Of a DNA stretch of 64,000 bases, positions 38,804 through 52,853 are shown in pieces. The first letter of the stretch is position 1, and every line of letters starts with the position of its first letter. Origin of the DNA: Hyphochytrium catenoides (Eukaryota; Protista; Hyphochytriomycota). The stretch lies in the NCBI GenBank assembly GCA_900088475.1, contig FLMG01003251.1, positions 70,762-134,761 on the forward strand. The letters are read 5' to 3'. The position numbers and the translations under genes were made by a program. Under the pieces are notes generated by a model that was given only the letters and a program-made list of their open reading frames with translations, ran no database searches and was not told the origin of the DNA.

Positions 38804-40580
38804 CTAAGTGAGTATCTCCACTCCGTCTTCTGTGACAAGGACCGTATGCTCAAATTGGGCGGACCGCTTTCCATCGATAGTCACCGCTGTCCACTCATCT
38901 TCCAAAATGATATGCTGCCGCATAAAAACAGCCCCACAGGAGATATAACGGGAGCAGGAGAAGTGAATAAACCAGCAAGAGGAAAAGCTAGTGTTGATAC
39001 CTTACCTTGGCGCTACCCTCGCACAGCATTGGTTCTATCGTAAACGTCATGCCTAATAAGTGAGAGGCGTGGTGTCAGCCGCCTTACGTTCCCTTGTCTT
39101 ACCTCGTGCCTTCCCTTCACTCTACCTCAATCTTTACTATCGAGACATCGAGCTACCGCTTTCTCTATGGCTCTACTCATCTAAGATTCCTTGCCTCTTC
39201 ACATAGCCCTAGCTCAGCCCCTTTCTTCCGTAAATTTCAAAACTCCTCCATGCCAGTCGATGCAGTCCTCCCTATCCCCTGTCCCTTCTCCTCAGATTTA
39301 CCTGGTCTCATTTCCCCTGGATGACTGTTCCGATAGTGATAAATGTACGGCAACATGTGAAAGTCTCTTCCAATGCCGTGCCCGCAGAACGTCCTGTTAC
39401 TCTGATAGCCGTATGCATCACAAACATCTTCAATCTTCGAGCCAATTGATCGCCATGGGACACCAGGCCCACAGATTGCAATTGCGGAGTCCATCGCCTG
39501 TAGCGCCAAGGCAGCAACTTTAGCGGGAAATATGGTACTACGAATCAAAAAGACAAAAGGGTCCCACGTCTACTGCTCATCCCAAGGGTTTCTCCATTCT
39601 TTGATGTGTGAACTGACTACCAGGCCCATTGCAGGGCATATTAAAAGTGATTGTTGGTAAGTCAGAAAGAAGCTGTACCTCCTTTGAGGCTGTCACAAGA
39701 CGCTTGCCATCCTCGTCCACGTTCCCAACAAGAAAGGTCCGAGAGGTGTCGCCGTGGTATCCCTTGATAAAGACTGATACGTCAATATTCATGATGTCAC
39801 CGTCCTGAAGCTGCCGACTGACGGGCCAAGCAGCGATAGAGAACGCAGATGATCATGACAGAAAGCGTCAGACAAGAAGAGCAGCAAACCTAAGTCAGTA
39901 AATCAATAGACAAGCGACAAATATGCAAGTGGAGTCACATCAACGATCATTGTCCTTCCAAGGCCGTCCTTGGCCCTGCAGGCTATCTTACTATCTTGGC
40001 CCTTTGGCACGAACTTTGGCTAACTAGTTCATTTCCGACCGTCGCTCCTCACATCTTACCTGTCGGGTATGCCGTGGCAAATGACCTCATTTATGGAGGT
40101 ACAGATGGACTTGGGATAGCCAGAGTAGTTCAACGGGGAAGGATAAGCTCCTCTCTTGATCACATACTCGTGCACCAGCCTGTCAATCTCGTCCGTCTGT
40201 CTACCAACTTCTATAAGGCTTTCAGCGTAGTTAAGAACATCCCTTGTTAGGGCTCCTGCTTCTCTCATGCGCTTGATCCCCTCAGAATCATGAACGATGA
40301 TTCGCGATGGAGACTCCGGAACTACGCCAGTCTTTGCATATGGTGGAGGGTCAATGGAGTCTGGGACAGTCCTCTGAGGAGAGACACGACCCAACTCTAC
40401 CCGAGGCCTGTCAAGTAACCAACGTCATCATTGATTTAACAGCGACCAGGATGTTTGCCCACTCAGAAGTATTGAAAAGGACTCAATTGCGAAAGCATTT
40501 GTCTGATGACCTTACCTTACCGCCGAGGAGAATGGCAGTCGCTGACGCCCTACGATCCGCGATAGTAGGCTTCCTTTCAT
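38804..40580 (-). CDS. METAP1D: Type I methionine aminopeptidase, organellar MetAP1D-like
   Basis: [25 protein letters not shown]; [20 protein letters not shown]; FCGHGIG; GMTFTIEPM; SAQFEHT..EILT*. No N-terminal zinc finger. The first exon [22 protein letters not shown] resembles a mitochondrial presequence. Confidence 0.92.
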
Positions 40581-41927
40581 TGTCAGGCCCGAATAGAGTT
40601 ACACCTCTTCGCAGAGAGCCCTATCTCTTAAGGCAAACGCAATGGAATGTATGTAGGACGGGAGAGTGCAGACTGACTGCATAAAGGTGATAAAGAAGGG
40701 AAAGCATGAAGAGATCTGAAGCTCAAGGAAGGTTCAATCCCAGACTTTGGGTCCTACACCACTCACGACAATTAGCCGCTAACGACGGTAACTAGCCGCT
40801 AACGACTTGTAGGGTTTGCGAATTGTAAACCAAACTTTCAACTGTCCATTCTAAGTCTTTATACTAGAGAAGGACCTAAAGAGCGAACTGTCTAGGTAGA
40901 AACCGTTTTTGTCCTTTATGTACAAAGAAAGCTAAAGCCTATACAAGAGGATCTGCCATAACACGGCTTTCAGACCCTTGCTAGTTGTGTAGTAGAGATC
41001 CATTCGCAGCTCTGGCAGAGTCTGAAAAGTGAAGATCCGAAGAGCGCGACGTCTGACTTCCTGGGCATCTTTACAGGCATATTCACCCAGAGACAGCGCC
41101 GGACAGTTGTCTTAGCAGCGTCTTCTCTCCCGATGGGCTGTGCGATAGGGCGCATGTGGTGGTAGATCTGCCTTTGGAGAGCTTCACCGGGTCAATGCAT
41201 AGGAAAGCAAGAGCGAGAGGCACTGATTTGTGGAGGAGACGGTGGTTGGGTTTCAACCTATTGCTTTGAGAGGAAGCTAGCGCATACCGGGCTGAAGTCG
41301 TCGATAGAGTGGTGGATAAGATTAAGTGGAATGCTGAGATCTATGAGAAATAAACACAGGAGAAGCAGTGACCCGCACCTCCGGAAGTTGGTAGATCGAT
41401 CGACGCTGTAGAGATTAGGAGCAGTGTGGAAGGAAGCTAGGAATGGTGCTTTAGGCGGGAACAGCTGAGCAAGAATTGCCCCAAATGACTTGCGACTATA
41501 CTTTACATTAGCTTACATATTGCTGATCATTAGCTAGGGATAGGCCCTTAGATCGCTCAGCATAGAGTCTCTAGATAAATTGACATTTTCTCCTCGAACA
41601 GAAAGGATGTCCGATAGAGATTCCTCCGAGAAGATCGACGCTAGTGTTGCCAGATCATCCGGCTGGAGGAGCTCCTGTTGGTTCCCTCGATTAGGCTCCA
41701 CCTAAGATATGAGAGTTTATAAGTCTAAACTTTGTCGGAGTCGCTGGCCATGTCTCTGCCATTCCCTCTATTTCAAGCTTACCTCCTTCGTCAGCCCTTG
41801 TGAGCCCAAATCGAGCTGAGAACCTATCAGAAGACTGTCCAGGGACCCCTGTAGCAGATGTCAGCATCGTCACTGTGGTTCTTACGGCCTCGACTTCTGG
41901 GCTTTCTTTCCTCTCCCACTTGGCCAT

Positions 41928-44900
41928 CTATGTGCCTCTCACACGCACCTGATTGAGGGATGTCTGAAGGACCCCTGTAATGTTGGAGATGTCTTCAAAG
42001 GGAACAGTTTGCGACAGGTGCTATCACACGGTAACGCATGGCGACGATGGTCAGAGAGCTTAACTATCGTAATCACAGGAGCACAGACCAACAGTTTAAA
42101 GAGGAATAAGCTACAGATTGTCTCGAATGATAGGGATAGCCAGCGATGGCAGATAGTAAGCGGAACCAGCCATGAGCCATTTAGGTTGAAGAGAGAAGGA
42201 CTATGGACAGCTTAGGAAGATAGAATAAGTTTCACAGCGGTCATACTCTTCTACTCTCCCTCCGAGATCGCGATGGCCTTTCACTCTTGGCAGATAGATT
42301 TAAACTCTTCACACTGCCACCGTCCAGTTGGCGCTTGGCTTTCTCAGCCTTAGAGGGAGGATCAATTAGACATCTCTTCGTGAATAATGCAAAAGGCCAT
42401 CAATGAGAATGGTACCCACGGACGAGAGGACAGTGGTGGTCATGCAGAGATAGAATACCTCCTTCGTTTTCTCTTTCAAGGCAGTCCTAAGGAAAACACA
42501 TGTCTCTTTGAGGTCTTGGATGGTCTTATCAGCGCTTGTCTGCCTTTCCAGGAGTTCCTTGGCAACCTGCTGCTCTCTTCTAACTCTCTCTTCCAAACTT
42601 TGAATTGAAGTCTGCCAATGAAGAATAACACATTTAAGAAGGTGATGCCAGTTGATGAAGAACACAAAGCCAGGACTCTATGCGATTGAGGAACAGAAGG
42701 ACCAGGTTCATTGAAGAACTAGAAGAAAAGCTTAGGGAGAGGGGGCCAGGACAAGAAAAAAAGCATCAAAGGCGCCGATTCGTGAAGGTTACATGGAAAA
42801 CCATCGAAGGGAAGAGGACACTGAAGACTGTCGACGGGTAACCTCATGTTCCCGACGGAGTTGCTCTAGCTTCTCGTGTAACTCCACCTGGAGGTATTGA
42901 CATGGTTGGTTGTGGAAGTCGTGGAACTTAGAACGAAGCCGAGCACCAGGAGCGAGTGCGAAAGAGGGAGAACCAGTGTGGAGCGTGTAGCAAAATGGGG
43001 ATATAAGGTTATCGAGGGAGGAACCGTTAAGCAGAAGAGTGAGGCAGAGTCGGAGAGACGCGACGTGTCCAGAAGGATTGACGAGGTGAACGACGAGCAA
43101 TAGGATGGGAGGCGAAGGCGAGCGTACTGACCCTACTGTTAGCACTCTCCTCCATCCTCTCCCGTTCCATCTGGCGAATGGAGGCCTCAAGCTGTCGCTT
43201 TTCTTCCTCCCACTCGCCTTTGAATGTCCTGATTGTGGCGTCTTGCTCGATTTTTGAGAGCTCCGATAGCACTGCAAAGTCCTTACGTGCCTTATCCACC
43301 AGACCTGGCAGCGAGAGGAACAGAAAGTGAGCGCGTGCGCAATAAGAACGGTAACCTTGGTAACCTGACTAGGGCGTTCCTGAGAGCACTGGCATTTGTA
43401 GAGAAAGTAGGACGGCACAGAGCGTAATTGGACAGAGCAGACAAATGCAAGAGCACTTTCCTTTCCAGACCGTTGGTCTCGGCTGGCTTAATTCAAGAGA
43501 GCGAAGCCACCTGAGCCTTTACAGCTTACCTTCGAGATAACTCTTTTCTGCTGCAAGCTCCCGTAACCTGTCATCTTTTTGCGCCCTTTCCTCCTCTGAT
43601 TTCTGCAATGCAGAAGCAAGGTGTGCTTTCTCATCCTTGATGCTTTCAAGAGAGGCCGCAAGTGTTGCCACCTCTTGCTCAAGACTCTGAACAGAGGTTG
43701 ACAGCACCACACGCTCCTCCTCCGCTCGGGCAAGTGTCTCAGCAAGCTTTGAGATCTGGTCTTCCTTACTATTCAGGGACGCAACTAACATGCTCTCTCT
43801 CTCTTTCCTCTCTACGATCTCCTGGTGCAAATGGCTGAGCGTCTCCCGTTCTTCGGCTGTTCGTCTTCTCTCGTCTTCCTCCCTTTTCCTGGCCTCCTCC
43901 AAAGGAATGGCTAGGGCCTCAGCTTCCTTCTTGACGGCCGCCTCGGCATAACTCTTGATAGCCGCAACGAAAATCTCGAGATTCGCTTTGAACTCTGACG
44001 AAGTGCTCATCCTGAGCAAGACATGAAACATAAGGGGCCATAAGAAAGAGGGGACTGACAGTGTTAGCTCTCAGAGCGGTAACCCGAGCTTATGCGTAGA
44101 AAGAAGTGCTTGTGTGGAGGAGTAAAGGATTGGGCCTACCGACACAAGTGGGATCTACATAGAAAGCGCCAAGAGACGCGGATACTAAGGAAGAGGGGCG
44201 ACCCTGCTTACATACGAAATGTAGACCCAATCTTGGAAAGAAATGAGGGTCATCCCAGTGGTCGAAAAATAAAACAAGGCAAGTGGGCGAGCAGTGTGAC
44301 CTTTTTACTATTGGGGGAAGCTCCACCTTGAACTCTGAGGATACAATGGTGGAGAGGGAAACCATGAACCACTCTGAGCGCTCGATTGCTTCGTTTTGGG
44401 CAGAAAGCTCCATGCTCTGTGGACATATGAACGCATGTCAGAAACGCTGGCGAACTAAGAGACCACCTGCCGATCCAGGTAGGACAGGAAAGTAAAGAAA
44501 GGAAGATTACGTTGTAACGACAGGAGGATGGCTGCGTAGGCCCTGTCTGAGGGCGACCCGAGTCGGAGAAAGAGTTAAATCAGGAAGAAAGGATCGGCTT
44601 TACTACGACCTGGGCTTCAATCTGCTTTCCTCTCTCCTCGCAGAGCTCTTTTTGAAGCTGAAGCTGGCCCTGCAGATGCTTCTTCTCCTCCTCAAGGGCA
44701 GAACACTGTGATTACTCTGTTAGCAGTGCAAGGGCTATAAGACGAAATGCAAGACGTCACCTTTCCATTTAACCGAGAGATATCATCAAGAAGCGTCGAG
44801 GACTTTTCCATACTTTCGAGCAATTTTTTCTGGCGAAAGGGAAGACCTCAGCAGCTGACTTCCGCATCATTGGGCTTCTGTGGCCCAGTTCGTCCCAGAT

Positions 44901-47900
44901 CCCTTCTTGGGTCCCTCAGCCAAGAAACTATCGCATACCTGCAATCCTTCTTCCCTCTCTGCAGAGGAAGCGTGAAACGCACCAAGCTGGGTAACCAATT
45001 TCTACGGCAGCCATTAGCCCAAGGAAGGAGACAGAAGAAGGGGAGAACACGGACAGACAGTGAGAAAGACAGTAACTCTAGTGGAATAAGGAGGCGATGC
45101 CATCAAGGGATGAAGAGGGAAGCTCTCTCCTACCTGGATCTCATCTTCCTTCTCAAAGAGCTGTACTTGGCTTCTCTGCAGTATCGAAATAGTGCGAGCG
45201 TTAACCATTGTTGAGACGACAACGGTAAATCGCCTTCTCAGACGCTACCTGAAGTTCCTCTTCGCTCTTCCGCAGGCGCTCCTGAGTTAGCTCAAACTGC
45301 GAAGAAGATGTCAGAAACTGCTATCTGCCACTGTTCTCCGGGGAGACGTAATGCTAATCAAAGGGTCTGAGGTCTACCTACCTCTGTCATTGAGTTCTGT
45401 ATCAAATGCCCGCGAGTGATATTTAGTTCGTGTCAAATGCGCGACAAGGGGATCAAGTTTAAGAACAGTACCTTAACGCTCTCTCTCTGTTCGGCAAGAG
45501 ATTCTTCTAGTGCTTGGACCTTAGGATGGCAAGGTGAGATATCACCTGCCCAGTACTGGCGTTGTTGCCTCGTCCTACACTTACCTCGGCTAACAAATCC
45601 TATGAGTAGCTTTCAGCCAATTGACACACAATTGCACGATAACAATGAAGCTTTGTGGTCTTACCGCGACCGCCTTAGTCTTGGCAGATAGTTCTTCCCG
45701 CGTCCGCTCCAGCTGTACAAGCCGACATGAGCCAGTGTGTAGAAGCAGAACCATGACGGACACAGTTATTTGGGAAGAGGTAGACAGTTCCATCGTGCTC
45801 TATGGCAAATCACACACTCTTGGCGGCGATACCTCTCCAGACATCTCCTGCGGAAAAGAGGAAAGTGGGCTGTAAGGGTGACGTGTAGCCCTCTGTTGCA
45901 CCTGCCATTGTTGCGTCCTAAACGATGACGCCATCGGGCACTTTCCCTTTCTAGTTCTTGCCCTCGATCGCCATATATATCGCTCTTCCAACTGCTACGA
46001 GAAGGTCGTTGCTTCCTCATCCACGCCTTGCGGAACTGTCCCATATGCACGATGCCAAACACTTCTCAAACACATTCTAGACTGTAGTGTGCTATCCTAG
46101 GGAGCCCAGACGCACCTGAAGCTGGTCCTTGTTGGCTTGCACTGTATCAAGCGCCACTTGGAGCTACAGGTAGACACCACCGTCTCGCTTTTTAGTATTC
46201 CATGCACCTTGTCGTCTCACGATCGCTTGCTTCTCTTGTCCCACTTATCCTTGTCCTCGGGCCCTTTTTTCCGAAGCATATATCTCCACCACACCGTTCC
46301 TGATTATGACTATTGACTTTTTTCAGATCTCTCCCTCTCATCGTTTGTCCTTCTCTTTCTCTTTAAAGCTAAAACCAAAAGGCCCTCCTATCACCTCTCA
46401 ACTCTTACCTCGGCTTTAAATGAACGTTGGACTGTCTCACATTGTCCACACAGAATTTCTTCCTCAACCTGTAGGTATCGCACAAGACAGGGACCAAGGC
46501 ATTAATCCCGGAACTTCAAGAAAGGGAAATGCTTCACTTCCTCAATCACCTTCGCAGAAGGATCCCGATTAGCTGTTGCAGTCCCATCTCTTGGCGCGTC
46601 TTGCCTTTCTTGCGCCTTTAGAGCTGCCCGAAGAGCCTCCAAATCCTGCAAATGTATAATCTTGTTCTGCTCTAACTGCTCCTCAAAGCCTTGACGCAAG
46701 GACTGAATCTAAGTGGACTTTTATGAGTGAACATGGTAAAGCCCAGATTGAATAAAGACAGCACGGGATTCGCAAAAGAAACAAGGAAGACCAAAGCGGT
46801 GAAAGACGAGTATTCCGCTGCCCTCTGACGAGGACCCAGAGCTGTTATAGAATCGAATCATAAGCTTAAAGCGTGGACTGGGAGTGCTGCTGGTTGTCGG
46901 CATCCTTCACAGACCTTCCCATCGTATTCCCTCGTCAGCTGCTCATTTTGTACCAGCAGTTGGTCCTTCTCTGCAGACAGAGAAGAGCACTTCTCCTTCC
47001 ATTCTAAAACCAGCTTTTCGCGCTCATCTGCTAGTTTCATGGCTAAGGACGTGATAGGCGGAGGGTTAGATAAAGATCAGCTCTGTTTCCCAATAGAGAA
47101 ATGCTCTTCCTCTCGTCTATGTCACTATTGGCTGCATCCCCTCTCTTTCTTTTGATTCGCCTTGAGATAGCTTCGCTTGTTACCTTCCATGCGTTGATTT
47201 TGTACCTCATGAATTTCTCTGGATGCGTTTTGTGCTCTCTCTTCCCAACACCTTTGCTGGTTCGAGGCGAACTTCAACATCTCGCTTTGTGCTATCTCAA
47301 TCGATGAGCTGGTGCAATGTCAAAGGACAAACGATGGGTAATGAGGTTAGACATCTTATAGAAGTAACAGCCTGGAAAAAGCTAGTCGCCAGGCTACAGA
47401 ACAAGAGTGGAGACCGATGAACGGTGGGAGTGCCACTGACAGAGGGCCGCTAATACACCTTGAAATCAAATCTCTCCGGAGGGGCAGAGACATAAAGCGT
47501 ATAGAAAGGAGACTTTGATTAGCCAGCACATTGCAGAAACAAAAGTCTTGGAAGAGGCAAAGGTAGTGCTAAGGCGCATCATTGGAGTTATAAGGAGACC
47601 TCATGGAAAGCTGAATTGCATCTTGGAAGGTAATGAGCTGGGCTCTCGTGCCCAGGTGCTGTCTCTTTAGTTCCAGAAGCCTGAAAAGAAGCAGTCATTT
47701 ACAAGGTAGGCTTCAGAAGAGAGAGAGAGGCACAACCCAGGTACGCACAAACGAAGAGTTCAAGGACAGAAGAGAAGGCGCGAGAGCACGTCGCAAGCGG
47801 CAAGGGTGACAGAGAAATAAGGGGAAGATAACAGAAAGAGAAACGGAAGCGAGAGAGTGAGAAAGAGCTGAAGACAGATGCACGCATCGAATCCCCGCCG

Positions 47901-50900
47901 ACCTTTCAAATAGGCCAAGTAGAGCTTTAGCTTGCAAATTCATCTCTGCAGATCTTCTTGGCAGCTTAGAATTTGTGGCAGTCCTGGATTCGGCTCGCTT
48001 GAGGCTCATTCGTGCCTCCTCTAGGTCTCTATGCGCTAGGGTCAGAGACGCCTCGAGACTCTGCCTTTCTTTCTCCAAAGCCTCTTTTTCTTTGATAACC
48101 CTGCTGAACTCCTTAATGCTAGTCTCGAGCTCCTCCTGTCTAGTGATCAGAATCCCTTTTGCTTTCTGTCCCTCCTCTAGGTACATGGTAAGCAACTCTT
48201 TGACCCTCCTGTCCTCTCTCTTAGCAGTCATTTCAACCTCTTCTTTTACTGAGACTAGGAACAGAGAAAATAGCCTGCTTTGGGCCTGGACTCTTTCCTT
48301 CAGCTCCAGCAGATCTATTCGTGAGTGCCGAACTGCCCGGCCAGCGGCGTCAAGTTGGCTGCGGACCCTCCGGTTCATAGAAGACAGAAGATCTATTCCT
48401 AGAGAGAGGAAACACAATGCGGAAGCACAAATATACGGTTAGCGAGACAGTGGTCAAGATCACCGCTCAGAACAGGGAGAGAAAGGTACGTCTTGGTCTC
48501 CACGAAGCAAGAGGTAAGAGAGGCATTTTTCTCTGCCTCATAAAAAAGTCCCCGCGGAACCAAGGGGCAATCTCGGTAGTGAAGAAGATAAGGTGGAGAG
48601 AGAGAACGGTTCTTGTCAGCAGCCTCACGCTTCTTCATCTGGTCTCTTTCTCCTTGCTGCTCTTTCGCCACTCTTTGAAGAGACGCTATTATAGCCTTCG
48701 CCTCCTCCAGCCTTTCTCTCACTTCGGAAAATGCTTGTCGCTCTTCCTCCCTGCCTTCCTTGAGTAGCATAATGCTGCGCTTCTCTTCCAGCAAGGAAGA
48801 CTACGTAACCACATGGGTAAGAGGAAGATAGTTTGCTAGATGCCGGGGAAGGACAACAGGAAGAGGAGAGCGGATATCCCAAGACAACAAGCATAGAGAG
48901 ACGGGCCAAGGAAGTCCCACCACTCAGCTGCAAGTGCGGGCTTAGAGAGAGAGCAACAACCAACCAAATAAAGGCAAATGAAGTATGGGCGAGTGAAAGG
49001 CCTTACCTCAAGTGTCGCCTTGGCTGCCCTCTCCTCGGCCAATTCGTCCTACACCGGGCAAGAGCAGGTTAGCAGTGCGCTGAGGAGGAGATGGCTTTTT
49101 CTCGGCCAGGATGGGTAAATCTAAGAGCGTGAAGAGTATTCTCTCCAGTCTATGAGGTCGGAGAGTGACCAGAGAAACGAGGATATGGGAGGAGGCCAAA
49201 GGTCAAGCACTAGAGTCGTTGCCACCTCACCTCTAGTCGCTGGATATCTTGCCTAAACGACGTCAGTGTTTTGTTGAGCTCGTCTATCGCCTTATCCTTT
49301 TCTAGCCCTTCATTCCTTTCGTCCTCTCTAGCGCGTTTTTCCTTCTCCAATTGCTCTTCGAACGCTTTCCTCTGTCTCTCTATTTGCTCCTCGAAAGCTT
49401 TCTTCTCCTGAGTCTGCTGCTCCTCGCTCTGAATCAATCTTGAATTGGCTTCCTGCAATAACCTATCATGTTCTTCCTTCCTATGAAAGGAAAAGAGTAG
49501 GTGGCGCGTTAGGATGGCACAACTGAGTATCCGACCTAAGAGACAGAAGGAAAAGCCTACGTAATCAAGATCGCTTGTCTTTGCTCCAATTGGTCAGATG
49601 CATTGGGGCTATGAGTGGTGGACTGCTCTTGCTTTTGGCCCAGCGCTTCTAGCCTCTCTATTATCGCCTCCAAAGCCTGTCGCATTCCTTTAGTTTCTTC
49701 TTCCGAGCTTCGCGATGGCCCCTTGGACCGAAGCTCCTTGGCACCCTAGACCAAAATGCACACAAGTGAGCCAACCGGGGAGAAAATATATGCGATAGGG
49801 AACTAAGACAAGGTGAGGATGACCGAACCTTCTGGCAAGGCGCTGAAGGCTAAAGAACAGACAAATAGAGTAAAAGGACGATATGTGGGGCGACCGAGTA
49901 GTGGTAGGCTCTTTCGTAGTAATGAGACGTTATTCCACGCTGATTGTCAGATAAGAATGGGTCGTGAAAGATTAGGAGATACAAAGTAGTGTTGGGAGCC
50001 ACCTCTAACTCCGCCGATAGTTCCGTGGCCTTCTCTGCCATAATCGTTCGATATTTCTCTTGCAGCTCGAGTTCCAGTAGCTCCAGCTTTCGGGCATTCT
50101 CTTCTGCCATCCGTTGCCTTTGTTCTTCATCTCGCTCCTTCTTGAGTTGTTGAATTTCCTCTTCCTTTTCTTTGTCTTTCTCCTTCAGCTTCCTGAGGTA
50201 GCTCTCTCTATCTTCAGCTAGCCGTTGTTCTAAAGCCGCCCTCCGACTCTTTTCAATGGAGATGGACTCGCGAAACTGGTCCGGCGAGACAAGCAACAGA
50301 GTTTGATTACCTATCACCGACTTAGACCTCCTTTCACATGCCTTACCTCCTCTCTCAGTCTTTCACACTCCTTATCTCTCGCTTCAACCGCCCTCCTGAG
50401 CTTATTTATAGAGTCCTGAGAGCACGTAAGAAAGAAACGTGGGTTAGTGCCATTGGGAGTGAAAGCAGAAACATGGGAAGAAAAGTCCGGGTCTGACATT
50501 GTCACATAGAAACAAATACGTTGACCTGATGAAAGGAGATGGAAATCATCAGAAGCGCTCTTTTTACTCGGAGCGAACCTTTGTTTCTGTTAGTTCCCTG
50601 GCAGTACTCTCCACCTGCTGTCTGAGAGAAGTATTTTTGATTACGAGAGCTTCCATTTCCTCCTTAAGCTTCTTCACGTCCGCTCGTTCTTTTCCTAGCT
50701 CACCACGCAGAGCCTGCTCCCTTTCCTCTGCCTGAAGCTTCAGCTTGCGCAGCTTGGCTCGCAGCTTGTCGATAATCTTCCCCAGATGAAATGGCAAGGA
50801 GGGGCGGCAAAGAAGAGTTGGTTAATGACGTGAGCCGAGTGGCAAGAGAGAAACCAACGGCAGCATAAGGAAGAGCTGAGAAGACTATCCAGGGGAACAT

Positions 50901-52647
50901 AAGGAAGACGAGTAACGGCATCAATCTGACATATCTGCCCATCACCGTCTTTACGTACCTTTACATTCTCCTGCATTTCCTCACTTAGGATGAGCTCTAC
51001 TTGCTCACCCACCGCATTGTATTTGGCTCTTAGGTCCGTCAGCTCGGTCAAGGAAGACTGCGAGCGTTCCGAGAGCAGCATGTACTCCTCCTTCAGCTGC
51101 AAGATGTCCAAATCAGGCGTAACAAGTCAGCCGACAGTGCTCATGAGAATAACTCGAAACGGTGAAGTGCCAACGAGGTACTAGATTGAGGGAGGGATAG
51201 AGGTAGATGATAGGGACAGAAGGAGACCTTTTTATACGCGGCCTTGATGTCAGCAGAGCGAGCTTGAGCTGCGTCGAAGTGAGTGGTCAAAGTCTGATGC
51301 TCGTCCGCCAGCTGTAAGGCTTTTTGCTTCCATTGCTGAAGCTCTTGACGAAGGAGAGAATTCTCCTGGGCTGCTCCCTCTGCCTGCTGTCTGCTGTGCT
51401 CTAACTTCTCTTTTTCTCTTTCTCTCTCGCCCTTTACTTCTTCCCTCTCTTTCTCTATCCTTCTGCACTTCTCCCTGGCTTCCTCTAGCTCATTGCTAAC
51501 TCTACGTAACTGCTGTTCTAGATCAAGAACTTCCAGGTTTCTAAGAGGTTGAAGATGAGCAGATGACGCGCTATTCTCTCGAGCTTCTACGCCTCTTTCC
51601 AGATGACTCTCTCTCGAATTCCGAAACTTGAGCTGCAGCTGTTGCTCTTTGAGCTCCAACTGGCTCTTCACGGCCTCAATTTCTGCGTCTTGCTGCTGAA
51701 TGACGGCATGCAGATCAGCTAGTTCCTCGCACAAAGATGAGATGTACTGCTCCTTCTCTTGACCTAGAGAGCGCTCTACCACCTCTCGAACTCTCTGGCC
51801 CACGTACTGAGCGGTGTCTGGATCTGACTCCATAGCAGCCAGCACCTGGTCCACCTCTAGATCTGTGTAGAGCTGTTTGATGGAGCTCGTAAGGGCGTGC
51901 AAGCGCTGCTCATAGGAGCTTTTCAACTTGTTATAGCGGGAACGGAACAGTGCTTGGAGCTCGAAGCGAGAGAGATCATCCTCATGGACCTGGCAGAGAA
52001 AACATGAGGCCTAAACAATGAGGCTGAAGGCCATCTATGGGCCAGAGGGATGCGCTCTGAGACTGGGCCAGTCAACCACAAGTACAAGCAGAATGAAGGG
52101 GATGATGTCCACAAGACCACACGAGCTGTTATTCACGAAGTTACCTCATCCTCTCTGGCCCTACGCCTCTGCCTGGCCGGGGATACCGAGTGATTGTCCC
52201 TTGTCTGTCCCATCCTAGGAGTGAAATGACCCGAGCGACCTCCTTGCATTGATCAGATCGTTGACTATGGACCGTCTGGTCTACTGCGCATCACATCCCT
52301 TTATGGTGCGCCCGCGAATGCTGAAGACAGAGTAATGGCAAAGGCCTTATGAGGCACCAACTAGGAAGACCGGCTCCTCCTGGTCTTGAAGCTGCTAAGC
52401 AGGAGGCTCTTAACACTCTCTACCTCTATACAATCCCTTCTCTGCTCTTCCCTTCCAGACCTCATGCCCCCTGCTCTCTTGATCTCGTGCCCCTGCTACT
52501 TCCTCTTCCTCTTCTTCTGCTCTTCATGTACTCTACCAGCAGCGTCCAGTTGGCTGGTGCCGTGGATCTCTCGCACTGCTTGCCTGACAGGTCGGCAGCG
52601 CATTTATGAAGCTTTTCTATTGCGTTCTGAGTGTCGAGGCCATCCAT
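41928..52647 (-). CDS. Very large multi-exon coiled-coil protein of unknown function; 3' end uncertain and may extend to about 41.1 kb
   Basis: More than 20 E/K/R/Q/L-rich heptad exons with GT-AG boundaries (e.g. ORFs 51141-51926, 49850-50317, 47713-48417, 43519-44031). Probable start MDGLDTQNAIEKLHKCAADLS at 52647. Confidence 0.75.
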
Positions 52648-52844
52648 CTTCCATCAGAAAGCTTCCAAGAGCAAAAGACCTCCATCATCTTGGTTTTCAT
52701 CTTTTGAAGAACGCCCGCGAGAGCCGAAAACGGACATCACCAATACGACCTTAACAGGGCTACAGACGAACTACTAGGTCAGTACTATAGCATTTCTAAG
52801 GCTACATCGACGTCGGCTGAGGCTCAGATGGCAGACAGGGGCTG

Positions 52845-52850
52845 AAAAAA
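52845..52850 (-). terminator. RNA polymerase III T6 terminator of tRNA-Sec
   Basis: The minus strand reads ...ACCTGCG AAC TTTTTT, so T6 begins 3 nt after the discriminator G. Confidence 0.85.
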
Positions 52851-52853
52851 GTT

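Noticed and set aside
40773-40806. Duplicated TAGCCGCTAACGAC upstream of MetAP, with similar words at ~23453 and ~60669, as a shared Myb-like promoter motif
   Set aside because: The degenerate core is short enough to occur several times by chance in 64 kb, and two of the hits come from one local duplication. A genome-wide enrichment test would be needed.
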